A stretch of 64,000 nucleotides of DNA from Syntrophaceae bacterium. Lineage in GTDB: Bacteria > Desulfobacterota > Desulfomonilia > UBA1062. The notes below the pieces were generated by a model that was not told the DNA's origin, did no database searches, and saw only the letters and a program-made list of their open reading frames with translations. A program made the translations under genes and the position numbers. The stretch spans positions 31,050-95,049 of the forward strand of contig JBDKSM010000143.1 in the NCBI GenBank assembly GCA_039680665.1, written 5' to 3'. This document shows, piece by piece, positions 44,749-57,430 of this stretch. Within the stretch, counting starts at the first letter, position 1; each line of letters starts with the position of its first letter.

Positions 44749-46470
44749 ATGGAAAATACGTATCGTGCTTGGCCGCCACAGTGGCCCAAGACCCTTAACT
44801 ATCCGGATGTCCCGGTCTACGATATCCTGGACCAGACCGCGGCGCGTGTTCCCAATCGCATTGCCCTGATCTTCCGGGGCATGGAACTGACCTATAAAGA
44901 GTTCAAGGAGCTCTCAGAACGTTTCGCCACTGCCCTGCACCAACTCGGAATCAAGAAGGGCGATCGGGTGGCCGTGCATCTGCCCAACTGCCCGCAATTC
45001 GCTATCGCCTACTATGGCATCCTACGGATCGGGGCCATTTATTCCCCCATGAGTCCGCTGCTCCAGCCCGGGGAATTCACGCATCAGATTGAAGACTCGG
45101 GCGCCGAAACCCTTATTTCACTGGATCTCATCTTCCCCGGCATCAAGGACGCGATCCCGACCAAGCAGGTGAAGCACATTATCACCACCAGCCTGGCGGA
45201 CTGCATCGGCGCCTTGTCATCGCCCTTTCTGCTGTTCGGCAAGACCGCCATACCGGACACCCTGGACATGGTCGAACTCATCAAACAGCACGCCCCGAAC
45301 GTGCCCAAGGTTGAGATCAACCCCACGAAAGACCTGGCGCATCTCGCCTATACGGGCGGTACGACCGGCGTCTCCAAGGGCGTCATCGTCACCCACCGCA
45401 ATGTCGTTGCCAATGTCTTTCAATTCGACTCCTGGTTAAGCGGGTGTGATATCCGCTATGTCGACGGCAAAATATCGTTTATGTATCCTGACGGGGTCGA
45501 TCCGCACAAGGATCGCGTCGTGGCCGCTGATACCGAGACCGTCCTGGTGGTGGTGCCCTGGTTCCACGCCCTGGGCACCATCGGCATGCTCAATTGCATG
45601 ATCCTGGCCGGCCTGACTTTGGTAGTGTTCCCGAGCTTCGATGCGGATGAATACCTGAACGCCATTGTCAAATACCGGGCCACGTGCATAGCCGGCGCCC
45701 CGCAGCTCTATATCCCGCTGGTAAACCATCCCAACTTCAAGTCTTTCGACCTCTCGGGCGTCAAGTTCGCCGGCTCGGGCGCGGCGCCTTTATCCAAAAC
45801 CATTCTGGAGAGCATGCTCTCGGCCTTCTCGGGCGTGGTGAGCGAGTCCTTCGGCATGACCGAGTGCACCATGTGCGCCACCAGCAATCCTCCGACCCGT
45901 GACGGCTTAAGGCATGGCTCGGTCGGCATCCCCATCGCCGATACCGAGATCAAGATCATCGATGTGGTCAGCGGCAAGGAAGTCGCGCAAGGCGAAGAAG
46001 GCGAGATCTGCATCCGAGGGCCCCAGGTCATGCAGGGCTACTGGAACCAGCCGGAAGAGACCGCGCATGTGCTCAAGGACGGCTGGCTGTACAGCGGTGA
46101 CATCGGCAGGATGGACGCGGACGGCTACTTCTATATCACGGACCGTCTCAAGGACATGATCATCTACAAGGGCTACAACGTGTACCCGCGCGAGATCGAG
46201 GAGGTGATCTTCAAACACCCGGCCGTACAGCAGTGCGCCGTGGTGGGCAAGCCCGACCCTCAGGGCGGCGAGTCGCCGGTGGCCTTTGTCCAGCTCAAAC
46301 CGGGCATGCAGGCGAGCTTCGATGATATCCTGAACCACACCAATGGGCAGATCGCCCATTACAAGAAGGTGCGGGACGTGATCTTCCTGGATCAAATACC
46401 GACCAATGTGGCCGGCAAGGTGCTCAAACGGATACTCAAGAAGACCTTCACCCAGCAGGCAGGTGCGTGA
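44749..46470 (+). CDS. AMP-dependent acyl-CoA ligase
   Basis: YTGGTTGVSKGVIVTHRNV, GMTE, and GDIGRMDADGYFYITDRLKDMIIYKGYNVYPREIE. Start at MENTYRAWPPQWP (44749). Confidence 0.9.
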   Translation: MENTYRAWPPQWPKTLNYPDVPVYDILDQTAARVPNRIALIFRGMELTYKEFKELSERFATALHQLGIKKGDRVAVHLPNCPQFAIAYYGILRIGAIYSPMSPLLQPGEFTHQIEDSGAETLISLDLIFPGIKDAIPTKQVKHIITTSLADCIGALSSPFLLFGKTAIPDTLDMVELIKQHAPNVPKVEINPTKDLAHLAYTGGTTGVSKGVIVTHRNVVANVFQFDSWLSGCDIRYVDGKISFMYPDGVDPHKDRVVAADTETVLVVVPWFHALGTIGMLNCMILAGLTLVVFPSFDADEYLNAIVKYRATCIAGAPQLYIPLVNHPNFKSFDLSGVKFAGSGAAPLSKTILESMLSAFSGVVSESFGMTECTMCATSNPPTRDGLRHGSVGIPIADTEIKIIDVVSGKEVAQGEEGEICIRGPQVMQGYWNQPEETAHVLKDGWLYSGDIGRMDADGYFYITDRLKDMIIYKGYNVYPREIEEVIFKHPAVQQCAVVGKPDPQGGESPVAFVQLKPGMQASFDDILNHTNGQIAHYKKVRDVIFLDQIPTNVAGKVLKRILKKTFTQQAGA

Positions 46471-46919
46471 TGGAAGCGGATGTCAACACGTATCAGAAAG
46501 CCCTGACCGACATGATCCCCTGGGTCAAGGAGAGCGGACTCAAAGTGGAAGTCTTCGAAGAGCGCCATGTCCGCCTCAGTGTCCCCAAGGACAAGCACCT
46601 CAATCATGTGGGCATCATCTATGCGGGCACGCACTTCATGCTCATGGAGATCGCCGGCGCCGCCCTTTTTCTGGCGACCTACGGCGTGAAACCCTTCGTG
46701 CCTGTCAATAAAGGCATGAGCATCCGATATCTCAAACCGGCGGCCACGGACATCTCTTGCGACCTGACCATTACGCGCGATGAGGCGCGCGCCAAGATGG
46801 AGCCGATCGAGGCACGCGGCAAGGGTGAGTGGGTCCTCGATATGAGCGCCACGGATGAGAACGGCACCACGGTTTCCACGTCCACCTGCACCTATTACCT
46901 GCTGCCCATGCCAAAGTGA
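46470..46919 (+). CDS. hot-dog-fold protein (PaaI/DUF4442-like thioesterase, tentative)
   Basis: 149 aa with HLNHVGIIYAGTHFMLMEIAGAALF. The start overlaps the ligase stop (TGATG). Confidence 0.5.
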   Translation: MEADVNTYQKALTDMIPWVKESGLKVEVFEERHVRLSVPKDKHLNHVGIIYAGTHFMLMEIAGAALFLATYGVKPFVPVNKGMSIRYLKPAATDISCDLTITRDEARAKMEPIEARGKGEWVLDMSATDENGTTVSTSTCTYYLLPMPK

Positions 46920-46994
46920 GGGCAGGCACGCCAAGGGGCAGAATCATCCCGATCGCTACTATTGATTGCATACTATATTTCAAAGGAGCTTGCT

Positions 46995-48299
46995 ATGGAG
47001 ATAAAGAAGGAACCTGGAGCAACCTTGCCCAGGGGCATCCCCCTGATCGGGGGGATCTTGGGGAGCACCACCTGCGGCCTGTTGTTATACGCCTGGAGTG
47101 TCTTTATCAAGCCCTTGAGCGCTGAATTCGGCTGGACCAGGGCCGAGATCGCCATGGCCTTCGGGATCTGCGCCCTGGTGTTCGGTCTGACAACCTTTGT
47201 GGCCGGCAAGCTCAGCGACCGGTACGGCCCCCGCATCGTGGTGCTGGTCGGGTCCATAATCCTGGGTGTGGGCTTTGTCCTGTCCGGGTTCATCCAGACC
47301 AAGGTGCAGCTCTACCTCACATATGGACTCATCGCCGGTTTCGGCGGCGGGCTCGTGTATCTGCCGCCGATTGCCACGGCACCGAAGTGGTGGCCCGACC
47401 GCAAGGCCCTGGCCACGGGTTTCTCCGTGGTGGGCTTAGGCCTGGGGTCCTTCATCATGGCCCCTCTGGCGACGGCCATCATCACCAACCCGTCGCTCGG
47501 TTGGCGTTATGTATTCATCTACGTCGGCATCGCCATGGGGATCATGGGGGTCATCTCGGCCTTTTGTCTCAAAAACCCGCCGGCCGGCTGGAAGCCTCTG
47601 GGGTGGGAACCGCCGTCATTACCCCTGAACAACCAGGCAACTGATCAGCGTACCCACACGCTGCGGGATCATACCTTTGAAGAGACCATCCGGACCCCCC
47701 AGTTCTGGCTCTTGTACCTTGCCTACTTCTGTGGCTGTTTCGCCGGTCTCATGGTCATCGGCCATATCGCCGGACATGGACGCGATGCCGGCCTTGAACC
47801 CATGCAGGCCGCGTTCGCGGTCAGCACCCTGGCCATCTGCAATGCCGCCACCCGCATCCTGATCGGTGCCCTGGCCGATCGCATCGGGACCAAGATCTCC
47901 TTTGTCGGCATTTTCACCCTGCAGGTCGTGGCCATGTTCCTGCTCTTTCCGGCCGGTTCATCCGCTTTGTGGCTCGCGGTTGTCGCGGCCGTCATCGGAT
48001 GGAATTACGGGGCCATGTTCACCCTGTTCCCGGCCACCTGTCTCTCGTACTACGGACCAACCGCGCAGGGGTCAAACTATGGCCTGCTGTTCACGGCCTT
48101 CGGCCTGGCCGGTTTTCTTGGTCCCCTGGTAGGAGGGATGCTCAAGGATTCTACGGGATCGTATTCCGCGCCCTTTATCGTCGGCGGCATAACGGTCATC
48201 GTTTCGGTCATCATTACGGCCTTCATCAGGCCGCCGGAAAGAAAAACTGTCTATCAGAGCATGCATGAGGAGGAAAGGACCAATGTACCCGTCGTATAA
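46995..48299 (+). CDS. MFS transporter (oxalate/formate-antiporter-like family)
   Basis: About 12 predicted TM segments. The N-terminus [28 protein letters not shown] is typical of OFA-type MFS proteins. SD AAGGAG before ATG 46995. Confidence 0.8.
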   Translation: MEIKKEPGATLPRGIPLIGGILGSTTCGLLLYAWSVFIKPLSAEFGWTRAEIAMAFGICALVFGLTTFVAGKLSDRYGPRIVVLVGSIILGVGFVLSGFIQTKVQLYLTYGLIAGFGGGLVYLPPIATAPKWWPDRKALATGFSVVGLGLGSFIMAPLATAIITNPSLGWRYVFIYVGIAMGIMGVISAFCLKNPPAGWKPLGWEPPSLPLNNQATDQRTHTLRDHTFEETIRTPQFWLLYLAYFCGCFAGLMVIGHIAGHGRDAGLEPMQAAFAVSTLAICNAATRILIGALADRIGTKISFVGIFTLQVVAMFLLFPAGSSALWLAVVAAVIGWNYGAMFTLFPATCLSYYGPTAQGSNYGLLFTAFGLAGFLGPLVGGMLKDSTGSYSAPFIVGGITVIVSVIITAFIRPPERKTVYQSMHEEERTNVPVV

Positions 48300-50181
48300 C
48301 CAGGCTTATCAATGGGCTTGTGAAGACTCGGAGGATTTCTGGGCACAGGCGGCCGAGGCCATCATCTGGAATAAGAAATGGGCCAAGGTCCTGGATGACA
48401 CGAGGGTGCCGTTCTATCGCTGGTTTGCAGGTGCCCGGCTCAATACCTGCCACAACACCCTCGACTGCCATGTCGCCTCGGGCCGTGGCCGCCAGACAGC
48501 CATCATCTATGACAGCCCGATTACCGGAATCATCCACAAGATCACCTATGAACAACTCCTTACGGACGTATCCCTCTTTGCCGGGGCATTGCAGGTCTTG
48601 GGGGTAACCAAAGGTGACCGGGTGATCATCTACATGCCCATGATCCCTCAGACCGTGGTGGCCATGCTGGCCTGCGCGCGCATCGGGGCCGTGCACTCGG
48701 TGGTCTTCGGCGGCTTTGCGCCTCATGAGCTCGCGGTGAGGATCGATGACGCCAAGCCCAAAGTCATACTCTCCTCCTCCTGCGGCATCGAGCCCAAGGG
48801 CCCGATTGCCTATAAGCCCCTGCTGGATAAGGCCATCGACCTTGCCACGCATAAACCGGAGACGTGCGTCATCTTCCAAAGGCCGCAGGTCGAGGCCCAT
48901 CTCATCCCCGGCCGGGATGTCGACTGGCATCAGGTCCTCAAGGGCGCATCCCCGGCCGAATGCGTGACAGTCGGAGCCACCGACCCGCTCTACATCCTGT
49001 ACACATCCGGAACCACCGGGATACCCAAAGGCGTGGTGCGGGACAACGGCGGACATGCCGTGGCCCTGAAATGGAGCATGCGCCATATTTATAACGTAGC
49101 GCCCGGCGATGTGTTCTGGGCGGCCTCGGATGTGGGCTGGGTGGTGGGGCATTCCTACATCGTCTACGCCCCACTGCTCTTAGGCGCCACCACGGTCCTG
49201 TACGAAGGCAAGCCGGTGGGCACACCCGACCCCGGAGCCTTCTGGCGGGTGGTCTCGCAGCACAAGGTCAAGGTGCTTTTCACCGCGCCCACGGCGTTGC
49301 GCGCCATCAAGAAGGAAGACCCGTCCGGGGAATATCTCAAAAAGTATGACATCGCCTGTCTGAAGTATCTCTTCCTGGCCGGCGAACGACTCGACCCGGA
49401 CACCTACCACTGGGCCAGCGACCTCTTATCCATACCGGTCATCGACCACTGGTGGCAGACCGAGACCGGCTGGCCCATCGCGGCCAACTGCATGGGTATC
49501 GAGGAGCTGCCGGTCAAGGCCGGTTCGCCCACCAAGCCCGTGCCGGGGTTCGATGTGCGCATCCTGGACGAGGGCGCCAGAGAGCTCCCCAACGGCAAGG
49601 AAGGGGTGATCGGGATCAAGCTACCCCTGCCACCCGGCTGCCTGCCAACTCTGTGGCAGAAGGACGAGGGCTTTGTCGCCTCCTATCTGACCGAGTTTCC
49701 GGGATACTATGCCACGGGCGACGGCGGGTATAAAGATGCGGATGGCTATTTGTACATCATGGGCCGGGTGGATGACGTCATCAACGTGGCCGGCCACCGG
49801 CTCTCGACCGGCGGCATGGAGGAGGTCGTGGCCAAGCACCCTGATGTCGCCGAATGCGCGGTCATCGGCGTGAATGATATATTGAAGGGCCAGGTACCGA
49901 TCGGCTTTGTCGTTCTCAAGGCCGGCTCGATTAAGACGCCGGCCGAGATTCAGAAAGAGGTGGTGCAGATGGTACGCACCGAGATCGGGGCGCTGGCGTG
50001 CCTCAAGGATATAAACGTGGTGGCCCGCCTGCCCAAGACGCGCAGCGGCAAGATCCTCAGGTCCACCATGCGCAAGATAGCGGACAATGAGGAATACAAG
50101 GTGCCCTCGACCATCGAGGACCCGGCGGTGCTGAAGGAGATAACGGATGCCCTGCAGAGCTTCAGGGGTGTCTCAGCCTAG
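48283..50181 (+). CDS. acetyl/propionyl-CoA-synthetase-family ligase (PrpE/ACS-like)
   Basis: [65 protein letters not shown] and [25 protein letters not shown]. Overlaps the MFS gene end by 17 nt. Confidence 0.85.
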   Translation: MYPSYNQAYQWACEDSEDFWAQAAEAIIWNKKWAKVLDDTRVPFYRWFAGARLNTCHNTLDCHVASGRGRQTAIIYDSPITGIIHKITYEQLLTDVSLFAGALQVLGVTKGDRVIIYMPMIPQTVVAMLACARIGAVHSVVFGGFAPHELAVRIDDAKPKVILSSSCGIEPKGPIAYKPLLDKAIDLATHKPETCVIFQRPQVEAHLIPGRDVDWHQVLKGASPAECVTVGATDPLYILYTSGTTGIPKGVVRDNGGHAVALKWSMRHIYNVAPGDVFWAASDVGWVVGHSYIVYAPLLLGATTVLYEGKPVGTPDPGAFWRVVSQHKVKVLFTAPTALRAIKKEDPSGEYLKKYDIACLKYLFLAGERLDPDTYHWASDLLSIPVIDHWWQTETGWPIAANCMGIEELPVKAGSPTKPVPGFDVRILDEGARELPNGKEGVIGIKLPLPPGCLPTLWQKDEGFVASYLTEFPGYYATGDGGYKDADGYLYIMGRVDDVINVAGHRLSTGGMEEVVAKHPDVAECAVIGVNDILKGQVPIGFVVLKAGSIKTPAEIQKEVVQMVRTEIGALACLKDINVVARLPKTRSGKILRSTMRKIADNEEYKVPSTIEDPAVLKEITDALQSFRGVSA

Positions 50182-50214
50182 GAGAATCAAGACACTTTCA
50201 TTGCATAGGATGGA

Positions 50215-51195
50215 GTGATGACAAACAAGAAAGATATCAGGATCGTCGGAGCCGGGCCAGCCGGGCTGGTGGCGGCCATTGATTTGAACCGTGCGGGGTA
50301 TAATGTCATCGTTTACGACAAACAGGACAGCGTGGGCGGGGAACCCGGCTGGCACCCTTCCGTGCACTCCACCCCGGTTTCAAAAAAGCTCTTCGATTAT
50401 ATCGGGATCGACTGCCGGGAGGCCTTTGTGGAAAGCTCGCACTGTTTCAAGGCCTTTGTGTTCGGCGAGCAGGTCGACGTCAACCCGTATCAGGAAACCG
50501 GATTATTCAACACGGAACGAGGCCATAAACCAACATCGCTTGATAATGTCCTTTACCGTATTGCCGCACAGGAAGGGGTCAACTTCGAATTCCGATCCAC
50601 CTGGAAGGAAGATGATTTCAGGAAAGCCCCCAAAGGCACCATAATCGCCACCGGTTTATCGGGTGGGGTGTACGAATGGATGGAGATCCCCTGCTCCGTA
50701 TTTGCCGGCTATTGGGCCTATTCCGAGATCGAGAAGGACTACATCTCCACGGCCGGGTATTTCGGGTCCTACTCCAACGAGTACGGCTATGCCGGGTCCA
50801 TGAACGGCATCTGGTACGTGCTGCTCTTTGCCCGCAAGGAGGTCCCGCCTGAGAACCTGGAGGCCTTCAAGCAGGAACTGCTCAGGGTGGAAGGCCGAAC
50901 CTTCGACCGGTGGCGCCGCTTCAGCGGCCTGACGCCCAAGGGCCCACGGCTCTATCACAAGGACTTCATCCTGACCGGGACCTTCGGCGGGTTCGTCGAA
51001 CCGGCCTACGGTTTCGGCATCACCGGCTCGCTCCTCTCGGGCAAGATATCGGCCATGGCGGTCTACGACCCCCAAAAGGCCGAAAAGGAGTTCCACACCT
51101 ACACGGACGGCATTATCACGCACATCGCGCGCAAACGCCAACCCGGCTATGCCCCTTCCGCTCTCATGGGTGATGTCTGGTTCGATGTCCATTAA
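50215..51195 (+). CDS. FAD/NAD(P)-binding oxidoreductase, paralog 2 of the uncharacterised family
   Basis: IRIVGAGPAGLVAAIDLNRAGYNVIVYDK...GGEPGWHPSVHSTP...ERGHKPTS...PKGTIIATGL...ILTGTFGG. Confidence 0.75.
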   Translation: MMTNKKDIRIVGAGPAGLVAAIDLNRAGYNVIVYDKQDSVGGEPGWHPSVHSTPVSKKLFDYIGIDCREAFVESSHCFKAFVFGEQVDVNPYQETGLFNTERGHKPTSLDNVLYRIAAQEGVNFEFRSTWKEDDFRKAPKGTIIATGLSGGVYEWMEIPCSVFAGYWAYSEIEKDYISTAGYFGSYSNEYGYAGSMNGIWYVLLFARKEVPPENLEAFKQELLRVEGRTFDRWRRFSGLTPKGPRLYHKDFILTGTFGGFVEPAYGFGITGSLLSGKISAMAVYDPQKAEKEFHTYTDGIITHIARKRQPGYAPSALMGDVWFDVH

Positions 51196-52513
51196 TGAAG
51201 GGCGGCGTGTGCGCACGCATAAACACCAGGCTTTGAGCGGTCCAAGCACCAGGCTTCGCCCTCTCAGGCGGGAGAGAAATCTGCCGTTGAAGGTATGCCT
51301 GCTCTCGTACCGGGGGAATCCAACCAGCGGCGGCCAGGGCGTCTATATCAGGCGCATCAGTCGGGCGCTTTCCGATCTGGGGCATAGCGTGGATGTTCTC
51401 TCCGGGCCGCCGTACCCGCATCTCGACCCCGATATCACGCTGCATAAGCTGCCCGGCCTGGACCTGTACAATCCGGATGCCCTGTTCCGAAAACCCAGCA
51501 TCAAAGAGCTCACATCTCCCATCAACACCCTGGAATGGCTCAGCGCCGCTTCCGGCGGGTTTCCTGAACCGCTGGCCTTCAGCCTGCGCGCGCTTACGTT
51601 CATGCACAGGAACGGACATCGCTATGACGTCATCCACGACAACCAGTGCCTGGCCTATGGCCTCTTAGGCATTCAGTCCATGATCCCCACGGTAGCCACC
51701 ATCCATCACCCGATCACGAAAGACCGCGATATCTCGATCAGGGCCGCGTCCACGCTCTCCAAGAAGATCAACATCCGGCGCTGGTATCATTTCCTGGCCA
51801 TGCAGAAGCGCGTCTCGCGCCGGATCTCCAACCTGATCACGGTCTCCGAGGCCTCCCGAGCGGATATCAGCAAGGACTTCGCGATCGATAACAGACGCTT
51901 CCATGTGGTGGCCAACGGTATCAATACCGAGATATTCCACCCCGTACCCGGCGTGAAACGCCCGGAAAACCGGCTGATCGTGACCAACAGCGCCGATACC
52001 CCACTCAAGGGCCTGCGCTTCCTCATGCTGGCCATGGCGGAACTGCGTCGAAGCAGGGATGTGAATCTGACCGTGATCGGCAAACCCAAATCCGGGGGCG
52101 TAATCGAACGTCTGGTGGGAGAACTCGAGCTTACCAGCGCCGTAACCTTTACGGGCCGTATCGACGAGCGGGATTTTGCCCGCTACTATGCCACCAGCAC
52201 CCTAGCGGTGGTCCCTTCCCTCTATGAAGGCTTCGGCCTGCCGGCGGGCGAGGCCATGGCCTGCGGTGTGTCGGTGGTCAGCACCACCGGCGGGGCCCTG
52301 CCCGAGGTGGTCGGCAATGCCGGCGTGCTCGTACCACCGGGCGATGCGCATGCCCTGGCCGCGGCCATCGCTGATCTGCTCGAGAGTCCGGATAAACGCC
52401 AGGCCCTGGGCCAGGCCGGGTATGAGCGGGTCATCCGCAACTTCACCTGGTGCCGCTGCGCCGAGAAGACTGCGGAAGTCTATGGCAAGGCTATCGATGC
52501 CCATGCCCACTGA
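51185..52513 (+). CDS. GT-B fold glycosyltransferase (GT4 family)
   Basis: LKVCLLSYRGNPTSGGQGVYIRRISRALSDLGHSVDVLS, with the C-terminal EGFGLPAGEAMACGVSVVSTTGGALPEVV (E-x7-E region). The start is uncertain: candidates are ATG 51185, GTG 51209, or a TTG at about 51285 just before KVCLLSY. Confidence 0.8.
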   Translation: MSINEGRRVRTHKHQALSGPSTRLRPLRRERNLPLKVCLLSYRGNPTSGGQGVYIRRISRALSDLGHSVDVLSGPPYPHLDPDITLHKLPGLDLYNPDALFRKPSIKELTSPINTLEWLSAASGGFPEPLAFSLRALTFMHRNGHRYDVIHDNQCLAYGLLGIQSMIPTVATIHHPITKDRDISIRAASTLSKKINIRRWYHFLAMQKRVSRRISNLITVSEASRADISKDFAIDNRRFHVVANGINTEIFHPVPGVKRPENRLIVTNSADTPLKGLRFLMLAMAELRRSRDVNLTVIGKPKSGGVIERLVGELELTSAVTFTGRIDERDFARYYATSTLAVVPSLYEGFGLPAGEAMACGVSVVSTTGGALPEVVGNAGVLVPPGDAHALAAAIADLLESPDKRQALGQAGYERVIRNFTWCRCAEKTAEVYGKAIDAHAH

Positions 52514-52522
52514 GGAGTCGGC

Positions 52523-52729
52523 ATGCATAGCAACCACGCCATGACCATCTACGGCGCGGGCATGTCCGGCCTGATGGCCGCCATAAATCTGGCCTGCGAA
52601 GGCCATACCGTCACCATGTATGAACGCGAAAAGGGATATGGCGCGGGGATTCGATTGGGAAAAGGCGATTACTGTGATCGGACCACAGCGCCTGGCGACT
52701 ATACTGGCGGGCTTCATCAGAGAAGATAA
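52523..52729 (+). pseudogene. truncated remnant of a fourth FAD-oxidoreductase paralog (N-terminal Rossmann segment only)
   Basis: MTIYGAGMSGLMAAINLACEGHTVTMYERE aligns with the N-termini of the three full-length paralogs. The frame then diverges and stops after 68 codons. Confidence 0.4.
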
Positions 52730-52836
52730 CCACCTGCCCGTCTTAGCCATCCCGGGTTATGCGCATCTTGGCGTCAGCTTCAAGCGATGACACCAAAGTG
52801 GTCAAGCAGGCAATACATCGTTGCACGGAGGCCATG

Positions 52837-54516
<1,680 letters not shown>

Positions 54517-54620
54517 GAAACAAATATATCGGTCGCGCCCAGGAAAGACTTGTACCGAGGAGTTCGCGAATTATATTGTATGTATGCTATTGAAATACCT
54601 GTACATGAAAGGAGGGCGTC

Positions 54621-56294
54621 ATGGGTTTCGAGCGCATCTGGCACAAGTCCTATCAGGCCGGGGTCCCGGCCGAGATCGATGTTGAAAAGATCACCTTGTC
54701 GGAGGCGCTCTCCAGAAGCGCTCTGAGCCACCCGGAGGTTGATGCCCTGATCTACATGGGCAAACGCATCACCTACCGGGAATTAGATGCCCTGGTCAAC
54801 CGCTTTAGCCGGGCACTTACGACGCTGGGGGTGAAGAAGGGCAACAAGGTCGCCATGCTGCTGCCCAACATACCCCAGGCGGTGATCGCCAATTACGCGA
54901 CCTTTCGCATCGGGGCCGTGGCGGCCATGAACAACCCGCTCTATACCGAGCGCGAACTGGCCTACCAGCTAAACGACCAGGACGCCGAGGTCCTGGTGAC
55001 CCTCGATCTGCTCGTGCCCAGGATTCAGAAGATCAGGCAGCAGACCAAAATCCGCACCGTCATCGCCTGTCATATCAACGATTACCTGCCGTTTCCGATC
55101 AAACAGCTTTTCCCCCATCTCAAGAAAGAGATGTATCGCAAGCTGACACCTGGCGACGGAGTGCACGAATTTCTGCCGCTGATCGGCACCTGCTCCGATG
55201 CGCCCCTTCCCGACGAGGCAAACTGGGAAGACCTGGGCGCCCTGCTCTATACTGGCGGCACCACGGGGGTCACCAAGGGGGTGATGCTCACCCAGGCCAA
55301 CCTGTCCACCAACATGCAGCAACTTAGGTCATGGATGCCGGAGTTTGAGAACGGCAAGGAACGGCTGCTGGCCATCTTCCCCTTTTTCCACGCCGCCGGG
55401 TTCACGGGGCTGCAGAACCTCGGCCTCTTCAGCGCCTCCACCCTCATCCTCGTCCCGCGTCCCGACCCCGCCGCCATCATCGACCAGATCCGCAAATTCA
55501 AGCCCACCTTCGTCCCCGGCGTGCCGACCATCTTTGTAGGGCTGCTTAATAACGCGAAGTTCAGAGAGCTCGACCTGCGCTTCATCAAGCACTTCATCGC
55601 CGGGGCGGCCCCCCTGTCCATGCAAACGGTCAAGGAGCTCAAGGACATGACCGGAGCGATCATCGCCAATATCTACGGCCTGACCGAGACCTCCCCCATG
55701 GCCACGGTTACCCCGGCCATCGGCAAACAGAAACCCGAAACGGTTGGATTGCCGCTGCCCAATACCGATCTCAAGATCGTGGATGTGGAAACCGGGACCA
55801 AGGAGATGCCGTTGGGCGAAGCCGGAGAGGTCTGTTTCAAAGGTCCGCAGGTCATGCAGGGTTACTACAAGAAACCGGAGGAAACCGCGGCCGTGCTGAA
55901 GGACGGCTGGCTCCATACGGGCGATATCGGCGTGCTGGACCATGACGGCTTCCTTACCATTGTGGACCGCAAGAAGGACATGATCATCGCCAGCGGCTAC
56001 AATATCTATCCTAAGGAAATCGACGAGGTCCTCTTAGAGCACCCCAAGATTCTCGAGGCCTGCACCATCGGCATTCCGGACGAGTACCGGGGCGAGACGG
56101 TCAAGGCCTTCGTGGTGCGCAAACCCGGCGAATCCCTTGAGGCCGAAGAGGTCATCCTGTTCTGCAAGGAGCGCCTGGCCGCCTACAAAGTTCCCAAACA
56201 AATAAAATTTCTGGAAGAGCTGCCCAAGAGCGCGGTGGGCAAGGTCCTCAGACGCGAGCTCAGAGAACGCGAAATCGGGGCAGGAGAACGATAA
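54621..56294 (+). CDS. long-chain-fatty-acid--CoA ligase-like (FadD-type), tandem copy 2
   Basis: MGFERIWHKSYQAGVP..., YTGGTTGVTKGVMLTQANL, and GDIGVLDHDGFLTIVDRKKDMIIASGYNIYPKEIDE. Collinear with copy 1 over its whole length. SD AAGGAGG. Confidence 0.9.
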   Translation: MGFERIWHKSYQAGVPAEIDVEKITLSEALSRSALSHPEVDALIYMGKRITYRELDALVNRFSRALTTLGVKKGNKVAMLLPNIPQAVIANYATFRIGAVAAMNNPLYTERELAYQLNDQDAEVLVTLDLLVPRIQKIRQQTKIRTVIACHINDYLPFPIKQLFPHLKKEMYRKLTPGDGVHEFLPLIGTCSDAPLPDEANWEDLGALLYTGGTTGVTKGVMLTQANLSTNMQQLRSWMPEFENGKERLLAIFPFFHAAGFTGLQNLGLFSASTLILVPRPDPAAIIDQIRKFKPTFVPGVPTIFVGLLNNAKFRELDLRFIKHFIAGAAPLSMQTVKELKDMTGAIIANIYGLTETSPMATVTPAIGKQKPETVGLPLPNTDLKIVDVETGTKEMPLGEAGEVCFKGPQVMQGYYKKPEETAAVLKDGWLHTGDIGVLDHDGFLTIVDRKKDMIIASGYNIYPKEIDEVLLEHPKILEACTIGIPDEYRGETVKAFVVRKPGESLEAEEVILFCKERLAAYKVPKQIKFLEELPKSAVGKVLRRELREREIGAGER

Positions 56295-56295
56295 A

Positions 56296-57420
56296 ATGTC
56301 TGAACAGCTTTGGAACAAGGCTGCCACAACGGTTGTAAACGCCGGACAGATCCCCATACCCATCACCGCCACCCTGCTTGAACTCATGCAAACCATCATG
56401 AATGCAGAACAGGCCGAGTTCATTCAGATCTTCAACAAACCGCTGAGCTTCGATGAGATCAAAAAAAAGACTTCATGGGATGAAAACTCCATACTCAGCA
56501 TCTTGCATGAATTGATGCACAACGGCATCGTCACCGGGATTCCCAGCCGCACTACCGGCACCATGGTCTATAGACTCTTGCCTCCCATACCGGGCATCTT
56601 TGAATTCACCCTGATCCGGGGGCTCTCAGGCGTTAAGGAAAAGAAGATTGCGGGCCTGTTCGATGCCTTATCAGAGGAACTCACCGCGATCGTTCAAGGC
56701 AGCTACAACGACAGCGTGGAGATATTCAAGGCCATACCGCCCCTGACCAGGGTCGTGCCGGTGGAAAAGCAGATCGCCCAAGGGGCCGACACCATCCTTC
56801 CCTATGATGAAGTCAACCGGATTATCGACAAGTTCGATACCATCGCCGTCGTGCACTGCTACTGCCGCCACGAAAAAGACCTGCTGGGCAAACCCTGCAA
56901 GGTAACGCAGGAAAAAAGGAATTGCCTGGCCTTCGGTCAGATCGCCCGATTCATCATCGATTACCGCTTCGGCGAAGAGATCTCCAGGCAGGAAGCCAAA
57001 AGAATCCTTGATGAAACCGAAGAGGCCGGGCTTGTGCACAAGGCCTTTCACGACAAGGACGATATCCGGCGGGACGAGGTCGCCATCTGCAACTGCTGCA
57101 AATGCTGCTGTGGAACCTTTGAGCTGTATTACCGGGCAGCGGCCCCGATCAGCACCTATACTTCCTATCGGGCCACCGTGAAATCTGATGAATGCACTGC
57201 CTGCGCCATGTGTATCGAACGCTGTCCGATGGAGGCTATCCGTCTGACAGGTCTTGATGAGATATGCATCGATGAAGACAGGTGCATCGGCTGCGGCATC
57301 TGCGCGCACCATTGCCCCAGCGCCGCGATTAACCTGGAGCGAACCGGGATAAGGGAAGTCTTCGTGCCGCCTCCTAAAATCGCAGCTAGTGAAACGCGCC
57401 ACTCCGTGAAAATGACTTAA
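56296..57420 (+). CDS. Cys-rich iron-sulfur protein with C-terminal 2x[4Fe-4S] ferredoxin domain
   Basis: CTACAMCIERCP and CIGCGICAHHCP are ferredoxin motifs. Additional clusters HCYCRHE...C and CNCCKCCCG are present. The N-terminal ~190 aa is unrecognised. Confidence 0.8.
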   Translation: MSEQLWNKAATTVVNAGQIPIPITATLLELMQTIMNAEQAEFIQIFNKPLSFDEIKKKTSWDENSILSILHELMHNGIVTGIPSRTTGTMVYRLLPPIPGIFEFTLIRGLSGVKEKKIAGLFDALSEELTAIVQGSYNDSVEIFKAIPPLTRVVPVEKQIAQGADTILPYDEVNRIIDKFDTIAVVHCYCRHEKDLLGKPCKVTQEKRNCLAFGQIARFIIDYRFGEEISRQEAKRILDETEEAGLVHKAFHDKDDIRRDEVAICNCCKCCCGTFELYYRAAAPISTYTSYRATVKSDECTACAMCIERCPMEAIRLTGLDEICIDEDRCIGCGICAHHCPSAAINLERTGIREVFVPPPKIAASETRHSVKMT

Positions 57421-57430
57421 GGAGGTCTGT

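Noticed and set aside
51149-51184. Upstream ATG starts (51149, 51173) for the glycosyltransferase
   Set aside because: They lie well inside FAD paralog 2. The conserved GT4 N-terminus begins only at ...LKVCLLSY, so a later start is more plausible, although the exact codon remains uncertain.
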